Shown here: one piece after another, positions 1-8,818 of the stretch
How the letters are laid out: each line of letters begins with the position of its first letter
How positions within the stretch are numbered: position 1 is the first letter of the stretch
Origin: Trueperaceae bacterium
GTDB lineage: Bacteria; Deinococcota; Deinococci; Deinococcales; Trueperaceae
Reading direction: 5' to 3'
Length of the DNA stretch: 64,000 nt
NCBI GenBank assembly: GCA_965213925.1
Contig: OZ243927.1
Location: forward strand, 4,352,001-4,416,000
The notes under the pieces: generated by a model
Told to the model about the DNA's origin: nothing
Database searches by the model: none
The model's input: the letters and a program-made list of their open reading frames with translations, nothing else
Position numbers and translations under genes: made by a program

Positions 1-9
1 CTTGTTGAA

Positions 10-38
10 AGTATAACAACATCATTCAAGCTTGTCAA
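10..38 (-). promoter_or_regulatory. sigma70-type promoter firing off the left edge of the window
   Basis: Minus strand reads TTGACA-N17-TATACT. Confidence 0.65.
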
Positions 39-374
39 TAGATATGAGTCTAGTTATATCAAGTTTATAGAGGGTCTCTTTTAATTTTCTACGGTAGATG
101 CGCGGGGCTCGTGTTCCACGATGCCCATCAGCACTTAGACTCGAGACCGACCCCGTCCCGTAAAGGTTCTACGGACGCTAACAGAAGTCCATCCTCTTAA
201 TCTCGACCTTCTTGATGGGCGCTCTGTAAGCCTTTTCCAAGTTTTCTGACCAGAACATCTCTATGATGACGTTATACCGAGTGAAAAACTTAACACGTCG
301 GTGTAAGACTAGGTAAGAAGACAAAAAACCGGGGGCGTTGCTCCACGACATCTCACACTTCAGGAGGAGAGCAG

Positions 375-908
375 ATGAAAAAGGTTAGTTTATTCGTTTT
401 AGGACTTTTGATGAGCGCCGCGCTAGCCCAGGACACGGGCGGCATGATGACCGGCGGCACGAGCACGGGGGGCATGATGACCGGCGGCATGACCGACGAA
501 TCCCCTACAGTTTCGGGAACTATTGAGGCGTTAGAGGGCGGTCTCACAAACCTGTCCGCTGAGCAAGCGGTGGGTAACATCGAGGGGTGGCAGACGCGCC
601 TAGAAAGCTCCGGCGACCCTGCCCTTTTAGCCATCGCCGAGCAGTTAGAGGAGCTTAAAGCGGCGCTACAAACCGAGGAGGTCGACCAAACGTCCGTCGG
701 GCTGCTACTTATCGAACTAGGTGGCAGGACGAGTGCAGCGGCTGACATGGCGCAGGGTGACGAAGGGGCGCAGCTCTCCAGCCTCGGGACGCTCCTTACG
801 GACGCGGGCTCGAGCCTCTCGGACGTCGAAGTTGAGGACGTTACGGTGACGGGGGGTGGGATGACCGGCGGCATGACAACCGGTGGTGATATGACGGGCG
901 GAAACTAG
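375..908 (+). CDS. secreted acidic protein with TGGMM repeats at both ends of a helical core
   Basis: AGGAGGAG RBS; signal peptide ending ALA-QD; TGGMM/TGGM repeats; followed by a terminator. Confidence 0.85.
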   Translation: MKKVSLFVLGLLMSAALAQDTGGMMTGGTSTGGMMTGGMTDESPTVSGTIEALEGGLTNLSAEQAVGNIEGWQTRLESSGDPALLAIAEQLEELKAALQTEEVDQTSVGLLLIELGGRTSAAADMAQGDEGAQLSSLGTLLTDAGSSLSDVEVEDVTVTGGGMTGGMTTGGDMTGGN

Positions 909-934
909 CGCTTTCGCTAAAAACTGAGCAAGTC

Positions 935-973
935 AAAGGACCGAGCCTCCTCGAGAAGGCTCGGTCCTTTTTT
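935..973 (+). terminator. Rho-independent terminator
   Basis: AAAGGACCGAGCCT...AGGCTCGGTCCTTTTTT. Confidence 0.85.
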
Positions 974-1240
974 AACTGTTCAAAGCCGGTGAAATGGTGC
1001 TGTCGGAAACTTAATAGTAACTTTTGTGAGAATTTTAGTGAGAAAGGAAAGCTTAAAACGCCCGTCCAACACCTCTATATCTTTATAACGACGAGTTTTC
1101 TTTACCGTTTACACATATCTATCTCATCAAACACCTCTTGCATCTTCGCTCGTCAGCCTCTATACTTCTAGCCATATGGACGCAGTGTAATTTCTTACAT
1201 TTGAGTTCATATATGAAAAAGTTCACAGAAAGGAGAATTT

Positions 1241-1384
1241 ATGAAAAAGGCTCTAGGTATTTCTGCACTACTCGTCCTCGTCCTTTCGGTCTTTGCTTTA
1301 GCGCAAGATACGGGCGGCATGATGACCGGTGGCATGATGACTGGTGGCATGATGACCGGCGGTATGATGACTGGCGGAGGCTAA
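1241..1384 (+). CDS. 47-aa secreted micro-protein, mature part QD(TGGMM)4TGGG (not in ORF track)
   Basis: AAGGAG RBS; MKKALGISALLVLVLSVFALA-QDTGGMMTGGMMTGGMMTGGMMTGGG; paralogous to the N-terminus of 375..908. Confidence 0.85.
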   Translation: MKKALGISALLVLVLSVFALAQDTGGMMTGGMMTGGMMTGGMMTGGG

Positions 1385-1406
1385 GTAACGTTGCAGGCGT
1401 AAGTAA

Positions 1407-1434
1407 AGAGGGGTAGCGCTGACGCTACCCCTCT
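1407..1434. terminator. hairpin after the micro-protein gene
   Basis: AGAGGGGTAGCG-CTGA-CGCTACCCCTCT perfect 12-bp stem. Confidence 0.65.
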
Positions 1435-1505
1435 CCTAGTTTATGAAGCCTCGAGCTAAATCCCGCTCGAGGCTTTGAACATTGGTGAGAACACCCACAT
1501 AATTG

Positions 1506-3539
1506 TTACGCAATTTTTGGGTCAGTATCTTTCTGAACACCCTCCGCGCTCTGCGCACCTACGCTCCGCGCGCGCTCCGCGATCACCAGCGCGAGCCCGG
1601 CGCTCAGCGACCACCACACCAGGTGACTGAACTGGGCGGTGTCGAACCAAGCTAGACAGTAGACGAGGTGGACCAAGGCGACGACCTCGAGGCCGCGCCC
1701 TATCCCGCTTCCGGTCAAATAGATGAAATAGCCGATCAGCAGCAAGTAGGCGACAAACCCGACGATGCCCACCGACAGAATCGTATCTATAAAGAAGTTG
1801 TGCGCTTTGTTGGTGTAGACGCGCCCAACTCGCTCCTGACCATCGGTGCCGATATACCTGAAATTGTAGTTATTATTTTCCAGCACCTCTTGCACGGGCA
1901 CGTTATCGTCTAAGCGGTCGATGAGTCCATACTTAAAAGGGTCTTCCCAGTCCGCGACGAAGGGCCAGGAAAGCCCGAAGCCGTTGAAGCCCCAGCCGAA
2001 GAGCGGCCGCTCCTTGATGCCTGCGTAGCCCGTGCGCCACAGATAGGTACGTCCCGAGGAGAGGTCGTCCCAGTTGCCGTCCAGCGAGGGCATCTTCCTC
2101 ATCCCGCCGCCGCCCGTCAAGACGAGGAGGAACGCGCCGCCTAGTACGACGGGAATCATTAGAGCGAGAAGCGCCCTAACCTTTCCCGAAGACCTGCGCC
2201 AGAAACGCGCCAGCGGAAACCGCACCAAGAGGTAAATAAGCCCGACGATAAAGGCGAACTGCGGCCCGCGCGACGAGGTGAGATAGACCCCGCCGACGAG
2301 CACGATGAAAAGAGGCCAGAAGAGGGTAGGTCTGAGCCAACCCCTCATCAGACTCAGCAGCGCGAGAACGCCTGCGAACGCCAGCACGATGGCGGCGTGC
2401 CCCCGGTGTGAGTAGAGACCGATGGGCATCCACGTGACGAAAGCACCGCTCCGGAGTCTATTCGCGTATGCGCGCTCACCCGAGGTCGCCGTATAGTCTA
2501 TCGTCCAGTCGAAGGCTTGAGGCACCAAGCTCAGCGCGAGGATAAAGGAGCCGAGCAAGATGCCGTAGAGCTGCACCTTAAAGAACCTCGGGTTGAGACT
2601 CAGCAGCAGAACGTTGCCGAGCGTGAACGCGCCGACGATCGCCCAGTAGTACCAGCCGTCACCCATCTCGACCTGCCCGCGTAGAGCGCTCACGGGTGCA
2701 GGGCTTAAATACACCGAAAGTAGCCCTAGAGCGAGGTAGACCATCCATAGAATGAGCGAGCCGCGCCACGCAGGGTGCGACGTCACCGCCGCTAAGTCCG
2801 CTTCCTTCTCATCAACCGCTGCTTCGGGCACCGCGCTTCTCGCCGCCATGAGCCAGCGGAGCAGCACCACACCCCAAGCGAGGAGCGTAAACATGAGTGC
2901 AACAACGATTTGATTGCGCGTGGGTTCCAAGTGGAGCGCGCCCGGCAAGAGTGTCGCGGCGAGCAAGTAGCTCCAGACCAGCGTGGTGAAAATCGCGACA
3001 AACGAGGTTTCGTGCTGAATATCCGTCCAACCAGGCACCCCTTTCGCCCTGGTGAGCCACGTGAAGAGCACGACGCCCCAGGCGAGCACGGTGGTAAGCG
3101 CAGCTATGAAGAGCTTGTTGTCGCCGATAAGCTCCGGGTAGAACGAGCCTGGAATAAAACGGCTCAGGAGCAAATAGCTCCAACCCATAAGCGTGAGTAC
3201 GGTGGCGAGCGAGATGTGCCGTCCGAGCATCCTCTGCCTCGCGCCCTCTTGTCTTTCGTCCTCTTGTCTCTCGTCCTCGCTACCCGTTTTAGCTTCACCG
3301 GGCGAAAGCCACCTGTAGAGGAGATAGCCCCAAGTCGTCAACGTAAGAAAGATGATGACGAAGACCTTAGGGCGCGTCCAGATGGGTCCCCTGCCGTTGC
3401 CGCCCCAAGGGTCTATCGCTAAGACGACTGCAGCGAAGAGTCCGCCGTAAAGAACCGTCAAGGCGACGCTCCACCACACAACCCGAGCTTTGGACCCCGC
3501 CCGCGTCTCGCCCCTTTGCCCTAATGCCGAAGACGACAT
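1506..3539 (-). CDS. O-antigen ligase / O-oligosaccharyltransferase-like (Wzy_C) membrane protein
   Basis: Many TM segments; motifs LTSSRG, SSGRTYLW, RPLFGWGFNGF, KAHNFF. Confidence 0.85.
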   Translation of the reverse strand: MSSSALGQRGETRAGSKARVVWWSVALTVLYGGLFAAVVLAIDPWGGNGRGPIWTRPKVFVIIFLTLTTWGYLLYRWLSPGEAKTGSEDERQEDERQEGARQRMLGRHISLATVLTLMGWSYLLLSRFIPGSFYPELIGDNKLFIAALTTVLAWGVVLFTWLTRAKGVPGWTDIQHETSFVAIFTTLVWSYLLAATLLPGALHLEPTRNQIVVALMFTLLAWGVVLLRWLMAARSAVPEAAVDEKEADLAAVTSHPAWRGSLILWMVYLALGLLSVYLSPAPVSALRGQVEMGDGWYYWAIVGAFTLGNVLLLSLNPRFFKVQLYGILLGSFILALSLVPQAFDWTIDYTATSGERAYANRLRSGAFVTWMPIGLYSHRGHAAIVLAFAGVLALLSLMRGWLRPTLFWPLFIVLVGGVYLTSSRGPQFAFIVGLIYLLVRFPLARFWRRSSGKVRALLALMIPVVLGGAFLLVLTGGGGMRKMPSLDGNWDDLSSGRTYLWRTGYAGIKERPLFGWGFNGFGLSWPFVADWEDPFKYGLIDRLDDNVPVQEVLENNNYNFRYIGTDGQERVGRVYTNKAHNFFIDTILSVGIVGFVAYLLLIGYFIYLTGSGIGRGLEVVALVHLVYCLAWFDTAQFSHLVWWSLSAGLALVIAERARSVGAQSAEGVQKDTDPKIA

Positions 3540-3701
3540 AGCCTCGCCTCCCTTTCACCGCTCAACTGTTTGGTATGTATTCGCTCTATGGAGGGACAGC
3601 CCGCAAGTCGGGCGCTCGTTCGTTGGCACATAGGGAGATTTTAGCAAGTTTCGTGTGGCATTTGTCACGCGCCGCCGCTTTTAGAAGGAGTGTGAAGGCT
3701 C

Positions 3702-4592
3702 TCAGTCCGAACTCGGCGCAGGCTTGGGCATCTCTGCTAGAGCGAACTTTTCGGCGTGTTCCTCACGAAAGGCGTGCCAACCCGACCAATCTTTGGGGCG
3801 CTCCTGCTGCTCCGACCACATCCAAAACGTCGAGTAAAGCGCCCGCGCTGTGCGCAGCTCCTCGTAAAAGATGCGGGCGCTAAGCCCTCCCTCTTCCAAG
3901 TAGCCCGACGTTTCGAACTCGCGCAGCGCCGCCTCCCGGTCATAGCTCACTGCCCTGAATTCAGGCGTCCAGCCCTCGTCTTCCCCCGCGTCGTCTAGGC
4001 GCATAAGCAAGTATTGCGCCCTGGGGTCGCCATTAAAGGGCGTGCCGACCGCGCCCGTGTTAAGCACGGTGTAGGGTCCCCAGTAACGCTCCATCTGACG
4101 GTGCGTGTGCGAACCGATGAGCACATCCGCGGGGTGATGCTGCACGATCTCGGCGATATCTTCGTCGCTCAAAAACTTGCCGTAGCCTTCGCGGTAGTGG
4201 CGCGGACTGCCGTGGGAAACGAGCAAGCTGGGCGCGTCACCTTTTTCAACTCTGTAGGTCATCGGTAGGTCGCGGAAGATGCCTATAAGCCCCGCACCGT
4301 CGAGCTGCCGCGCCGACCACGCGGTCCCTTCCCAGAAGGGGTCGTCGAACCAGACGACGGGCAAGCTTTCGTCTCTATCTATCCACTTGCGCACCAAGTC
4401 GTCGTGGTTGCCGAGGGTCATGGGATAACCGAGCGCCAAAAGGCGCTCTAACACCGCCACGTTGTTCGGACCCCGGTTCACCACGTCACCGTTGACGACG
4501 ACCTCTTCGACGCCTAGCGAATTAATATCAGCCAAAACCGCCTCCAACGCATGGAGGTTCGCGTGGATGTCTGAAATAACGGCAATAATCAA
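3702..4592 (-). CDS. metallophosphoesterase family protein
   Basis: DIHAN, GDVVNRG, GNHD, HGSP, SHTH motifs. Confidence 0.9.
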   Translation of the reverse strand: MIIAVISDIHANLHALEAVLADINSLGVEEVVVNGDVVNRGPNNVAVLERLLALGYPMTLGNHDDLVRKWIDRDESLPVVWFDDPFWEGTAWSARQLDGAGLIGIFRDLPMTYRVEKGDAPSLLVSHGSPRHYREGYGKFLSDEDIAEIVQHHPADVLIGSHTHRQMERYWGPYTVLNTGAVGTPFNGDPRAQYLLMRLDDAGEDEGWTPEFRAVSYDREAALREFETSGYLEEGGLSARIFYEELRTARALYSTFWMWSEQQERPKDWSGWHAFREEHAEKFALAEMPKPAPSSD

Positions 4593-4680
4593 AGTAGTGC
4601 AACTATACCAAGTAAGGCGTCACGGCTTTGTAGAGTGTGCCGTGGTAGGTCGTCTGACCAACACGTTCTCGCGCGCCCAT

Positions 4681-4920
4681 CTACTCTCGCGCTTCGCTTC
4701 TCAAATCGAAGAGCATCCGGTGCTTGACCGCCTCGCCAAACATCGCCAAGCCCGCGTTGAGTACGACTAGGCTTAGCGTACCCCACGTAAACCAGGTGCC
4801 GAAACTCGCTCTTTCGATCCTGCGTTGGACGGCGTAGCCCAGCAAACTCGCGCCGAAGCCGACCGTTCCTAGCGAGACGGGCGCGAGCCAGCGCCACTTC
4901 TTGTAGTGCTCGTCGTTCAT
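4681..4920 (-). CDS. small two-TM membrane protein
   Basis: GGAGG RBS before ATG at 4920; two hydrophobic segments. Confidence 0.7.
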   Translation of the reverse strand: MNDEHYKKWRWLAPVSLGTVGFGASLLGYAVQRRIERASFGTWFTWGTLSLVVLNAGLAMFGEAVKHRMLFDLRSEARE

Positions 4921-5045
4921 GAGGCACCTCCAAAAGCAGCCTGACATGCTTTTAGAGCTAACACAAGCTTGGGGAGCAACCAGCTACTCCGAGTTCACGC
5001 AGTTCTGCGGTAGAGCACGGGTATAGGCAATAGAGCGTAGATAAT

Positions 5046-5291
5046 AAAAAAGCGCTCGCCTATGAACAACTTTGGGAGCGCGTCTTCTTGCTGATTGATA
5101 AAAAGTATTATACACCCGTATGCGCTATTCGTCAAGAGGTTGCACCCAAACCCGGACGAAAGTCTGTATAACGCTTTTCGGATTTGTCAAAAACCTCTTT
5201 GGAGACGAAGAAGCTGCCTCTCTGAGAACCCGAAGCGGTTTTACCGTTCTGAACGGACTCAACTTAGTTTCGTCCGAGTTTTAGCTTGCAC
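5046..5291. repeat. dispersed element family A, copy 1 (promoter + short terminated RNA + inverted-repeat segment)
   Basis: Similar to 50021-50255 and 51085-51150; minus-strand TTGACG-N17-TATAAT at 5135-5107; imperfect IR TTGCACCCAAACCCGGACGAAA / TTTCGTCCGAGTTTTAGCTTGCAC. Confidence 0.8.
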
Positions 5292-5396
5292 TCGAGTCGT
5301 TGAGGCTCGAGCCCTCACACCGATATCCCGCTCTTTTTCTACTTCAAATCTAACCAAACCTTGTTTTGGAGCGCCCAAAGGGCGTTTAATAAGCGC

Positions 5397-6383
5397 ATGA
5401 CTGCGACTTTATCCGAGCACGCAAGCTTTGCAGGTATTCAAAAGGCAGCGGAGCGTTTAGAAGGAACCGCCGTGCGCACGCCGCTCATTCGTTTACCCTT
5501 TTACAAAAACGTCTACGCCAAAGCCGAGAGCTTGCAGCTTACGGGCTCATTCAAGCTGCGCGGGGCGTACAATTTTCTCGCGTCGTTGGGTGAAGAGGTG
5601 CGGACAAGGGGAGTGGTGGCGTTCTCGAGCGGCAACCACGCCCAGGGCGTCGCCTGCGCCGCGCACCTCTTCGGCGTGAGCGCGACCATCGTCATCCCCG
5701 ATAACGCACCCGACATCAAAGTGCAGCGCACTAGAGCGTGGGGCGCAGAGGTGGTGCGCTGTGAAAGTCGGAGCGGCGAGCGTGAGCGAGTGGCGCATGA
5801 ACTCGCCCGAACGACAGGTAAGACGCTCGTGCCCCCCTTCGACCATCCCTGGATTATCGAGGGGCAAGGCACGGTGGGCTTGGAAATCGCTGAGGACTTA
5901 CCCCAAGTTGCCAACGTCTTGGTCTGTCTGGGCGGCGGAGGTCTGTTGGCAGGCATCGCGACCGCTATCCGCGAACGCTGCCCCGACGCGCAGGTCGTTG
6001 GCGTGGAGCCCGAACTCGCTGCTGATGGGAAGGCGTCGTTTGACTCGGGCACGCTGCAAACGTGGGACATGGCGCTCACCGCGCGAACGGTGGCGGACGG
6101 GGTGAGGACGCAGAGCTTAGGGGAGCACACCTTCGCGATCATTCGGGAGAAAGTGGCGGGCATCGTTACGGTCTCCGAAGAGGCGATTCTGGAGGCGACG
6201 AGGGACTACCTCACCGACGCCAAACTCGTCGTCGAGCCGACAGGCGCGATCACGCTAGCGGCGTATCGGCGGCTTTTGGAGGGTCCGGTAGACGGTCTCA
6301 GCCTGAAGGAAGGACCGACCGTTCTGCTCGTGAGCGGCGGCAACGCGGACCCGGCGAGGTTGGCTGACATTCTAAGGGGATAG
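5397..6383 (+). CDS. PLP-dependent threonine/serine dehydratase (no ACT domain)
   Basis: KAESLQLTGSFKLRGA, SSGNHAQG, GGGGL, VSGGN motifs. Confidence 0.9.
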   Translation: MTATLSEHASFAGIQKAAERLEGTAVRTPLIRLPFYKNVYAKAESLQLTGSFKLRGAYNFLASLGEEVRTRGVVAFSSGNHAQGVACAAHLFGVSATIVIPDNAPDIKVQRTRAWGAEVVRCESRSGERERVAHELARTTGKTLVPPFDHPWIIEGQGTVGLEIAEDLPQVANVLVCLGGGGLLAGIATAIRERCPDAQVVGVEPELAADGKASFDSGTLQTWDMALTARTVADGVRTQSLGEHTFAIIREKVAGIVTVSEEAILEATRDYLTDAKLVVEPTGAITLAAYRRLLEGPVDGLSLKEGPTVLLVSGGNADPARLADILRG

Positions 6384-6447
6384 TTCGCGAGTCTTTCGGA
6401 GCTTTCTAACGGGTTGAAACGCCGACGGGCACCGCGCGTTCGGTTAG

Positions 6448-6558
6448 TAGCAGGTATCATCTGGTCAGCTACACTCTCACTGAAAAGAACATCGCCTAGC
6501 ACGCACTTTAAGTGATGATATCTGCGGAGAAGTGTAGCAACGGTAAATGGAACTGCTA
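6448..6558 (+). repeat. dispersed element family B, copy 1 (111 bp, MITE-like or structured)
   Basis: TAGCAG...CTGCTA ends; internal GCAGGTATCATC...GATGATATCTGC stem; homologous to 9196-9306 (reverse), 40913-41023 and 44394-44470. Confidence 0.8.
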
Positions 6559-6637
6559 TAGGTGTAGAACTCGAGTCCCTAGCCCCATCCAAAGTCTTAA
6601 CACACGAAGCGGTAGAGGCGTACTATAATCGTTGCAT

Positions 6638-7180
6638 ATGCCTTTCGGTCCACTCGTCACCCTCATGCTCCTCGTCTACATCTTATTTCTCGGCGTCGTG
6701 CTGACGCTGTGGTTCATCCTCTCGCCGGGGCGCAAGCCCGACGTACAAAAGAACGTGCAAAAGGACGCTCGAGAGAACGCCGAGCAAGACGAGGCTGAAT
6801 TTTGGAGCGTTCAGCGGGAGAGACCTACGCGCGCAGAGGAGCGAAGTGCGAAACGTTCGGCTCGGGTTTACACAGGCTCCAGCAACGACGAGGTGCGCGG
6901 CGCGAACGCAAGACCGGAAACGAACAGGGCGAGCGAGACGAGAAGAGAACGTGTCGAGACGAATAGGCGGGCGCGGGATACAGGAGCAAGAACTAGAACG
7001 AGTGATACGCGGGCAAGGGGCTCTGAAATGAGAGATGCGGGAACAAGAGACAGAGACACCAAGACGAGAGACGAGGGCGCAAAGCGCACGCCTGCGCCTA
7101 GCACGGCAACGACTAAAAAGCGCAGCAGCGACGCCTTCGAAGACTTTATCCGCTCTAAAAACGACGACTTCGAGTTTTAG
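6638..7180 (+). CDS. hypothetical protein, N-terminal TM anchor + R/E/T-rich disordered tail
   Basis: TATAAT just upstream (leaderless); ends SDAFEDFIRSKNDDFEF; abuts the next gene. Confidence 0.75.
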   Translation: MPFGPLVTLMLLVYILFLGVVLTLWFILSPGRKPDVQKNVQKDARENAEQDEAEFWSVQRERPTRAEERSAKRSARVYTGSSNDEVRGANARPETNRASETRRERVETNRRARDTGARTRTSDTRARGSEMRDAGTRDRDTKTRDEGAKRTPAPSTATTKKRSSDAFEDFIRSKNDDFEF

Positions 7181-8389
7181 ATGAAGGCGTTAGACAGCCT
7201 CAGGAAAATCAGCACGACGGGCGGGCTCTTCAACATCCTCCGGGAGGTGGACTTGAAGGCGGTGCAGCTCGAGGCTGAGCAGCGCTTCTCCCTACTCATC
7301 TTAGGGGACTACGCCCTCACCCAACCCGTCACCGAGACGCTCTGCGTCGCGAAAGGTGAGGAGCGGGCGGGCTACGTCCACCCCTGGCTCACCCAAGCGC
7401 CTTTTGGCACGGACGACCCAGACGCTGACTTGGCGCTTCTCCTCGTCGCCGCGCCCGCTAAGTCCACCGAACTTTCTGCGGGGTCCACGGCGTTATCTAA
7501 AAAGGCGTCCCCAAAAACCTACACAACGCCGACGCTCGGTGAGGCGGCGACGCAAGCCCTCACGAACCTGGCGCGGCGCGGCGTGCCCGCTGTCGTCGTT
7601 TTCATCGGCGCAGAACACGCGGAGGAAGAGGTTCCCCACAAGCTCGAGGCGGCGCGGGTCCGCTTAGGTAGACCGAGCGCCCCGACGTGGCGCGACGAAG
7701 TCGAAGCGGTGCTCGTGCCGGCGGTTCTGAGCGCTCTCCCTTCTAAGTATCACCTCTCCTTCGCCCGCCACTTGCCCCGCTTCCGGGACGCGGTGATGCG
7801 TGCGCTCATCGACGAGACCTCCCGCGCGAACGCCGTCTACGCCACCTCGACGGGCATTGCGCAAGTCGTCCCCGTCTTAAACATCCCCATCAGCGCCGCC
7901 GACATGGTGGTGCTGACCAAAAACCAGCTCATCATGGCGTATAAGATCGCGCTCGCCTCCGGTAAAAAAGGGCAGCCGCAAGAGGTCATGGGCGAGCTTA
8001 TCGGCGTGCTGGGGGGCGGCTTCCTCTTTCGGCAGGTGGCGCGGCAGCTCATCGGGCTGGTGCCGGTCTGGGGCATCGTACCGAAAGTTGCGGTGTCGTA
8101 CGCGGGCACGTGGGCTATCGGGCAGAGCGTGCAGCTCTGGGCGACGCGGGGCAAGGTGCCTGACCAGGAGGATTTGCGCGGGTTTTATGACGCGGCGTTG
8201 GAGCGCGGCAGAGCGTTCGCTAAGCGGTTGACGAACCGGGGTGAAGAGGCGGAATTAGAGGACGGAGCGGCGGCGGGTGAGTTAGAAGCATCTGACGAGA
8301 AGAGGTGGCGCTTACGACTACCTAATTTCAGACGCACGTCTCCGAAAGTGTCACCCGAGCTGCCGCCTTCGGAAGAGGACGAAATCTAA
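7181..8389 (+). CDS. YcjF/DUF697-like protein
   Basis: C-terminal region PVLNIPISAADMVVLTKNQLIMAYKIA...LVPVWGIVPKVAVSYAGTWAIG resembles DUF697. Confidence 0.7.
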   Translation: MKALDSLRKISTTGGLFNILREVDLKAVQLEAEQRFSLLILGDYALTQPVTETLCVAKGEERAGYVHPWLTQAPFGTDDPDADLALLLVAAPAKSTELSAGSTALSKKASPKTYTTPTLGEAATQALTNLARRGVPAVVVFIGAEHAEEEVPHKLEAARVRLGRPSAPTWRDEVEAVLVPAVLSALPSKYHLSFARHLPRFRDAVMRALIDETSRANAVYATSTGIAQVVPVLNIPISAADMVVLTKNQLIMAYKIALASGKKGQPQEVMGELIGVLGGGFLFRQVARQLIGLVPVWGIVPKVAVSYAGTWAIGQSVQLWATRGKVPDQEDLRGFYDAALERGRAFAKRLTNRGEEAELEDGAAAGELEASDEKRWRLRLPNFRRTSPKVSPELPPSEEDEI

Positions 8390-8403
8390 ATCTTTAATCG
8401 GTC

Positions 8404-8432
8404 TTTACAGTATCACCTCAAGGTGATATATT
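8404..8432 (+). promoter_or_regulatory. TA promoter with a palindromic operator in the spacer
   Basis: TTTACA-N17-TATATT; TATCACCT-CA-AGGTGATA at 8411-8428. Confidence 0.75.
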
Positions 8433-8464
8433 GTTCTCAGGTGATTTATTGATTGTCTTTTGAT

Positions 8465-8818
8465 ATGCCCTACACTATCAACTATTCCAACGAATTCGAG
8501 ATATGGTTCACCAACCTCAGCGAAGTGCTACAAGATGACATTCTCATCACCGTCGGTTTGCTCGAGGAGCACGGTCCTCAGTTGCGACGTCCCTACGCGG
8601 ATACGCTCGAGGGCTCCAGCTTGAGCAATCTCAAGGAGTTGCGGGTGCAACATAGAGGCGAGCCCTACCGCATCCTTTTCGCCTTCGATCCTAGACGTGA
8701 AGCGTTGCTCCTCATCGGAGGCAACAAAGCGAGTGACAAACGTTGGTACAAGCGGATGATACCGCTTGCAGAAGAGATTTTCGAACGATATTTAGCGACT
8801 TTGGAGGATGAGCCATAG
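8465..8818 (+). CDS. RelE/ParE-superfamily (Gp49-like) type II toxin
   Basis: GPQLRRPYADTLEGS..LKELRVQ..PYRILFAFDPRREALLLIGGNK pattern. Confidence 0.9.
   Translation: MPYTINYSNEFEIWFTNLSEVLQDDILITVGLLEEHGPQLRRPYADTLEGSSLSNLKELRVQHRGEPYRILFAFDPRREALLLIGGNKASDKRWYKRMIPLAEEIFERYLATLEDEP

Noticed and set aside
1138..1416. 92-aa ORF with HDDRW repeats
   Set aside because: Alternative frame of the TGGMM micro-gene, which has the RBS and signal peptide
6383..6420. GTT...GTTGAAAC 38-mer resembling a CRISPR repeat
   Set aside because: Single copy; internally dissimilar to the other candidates
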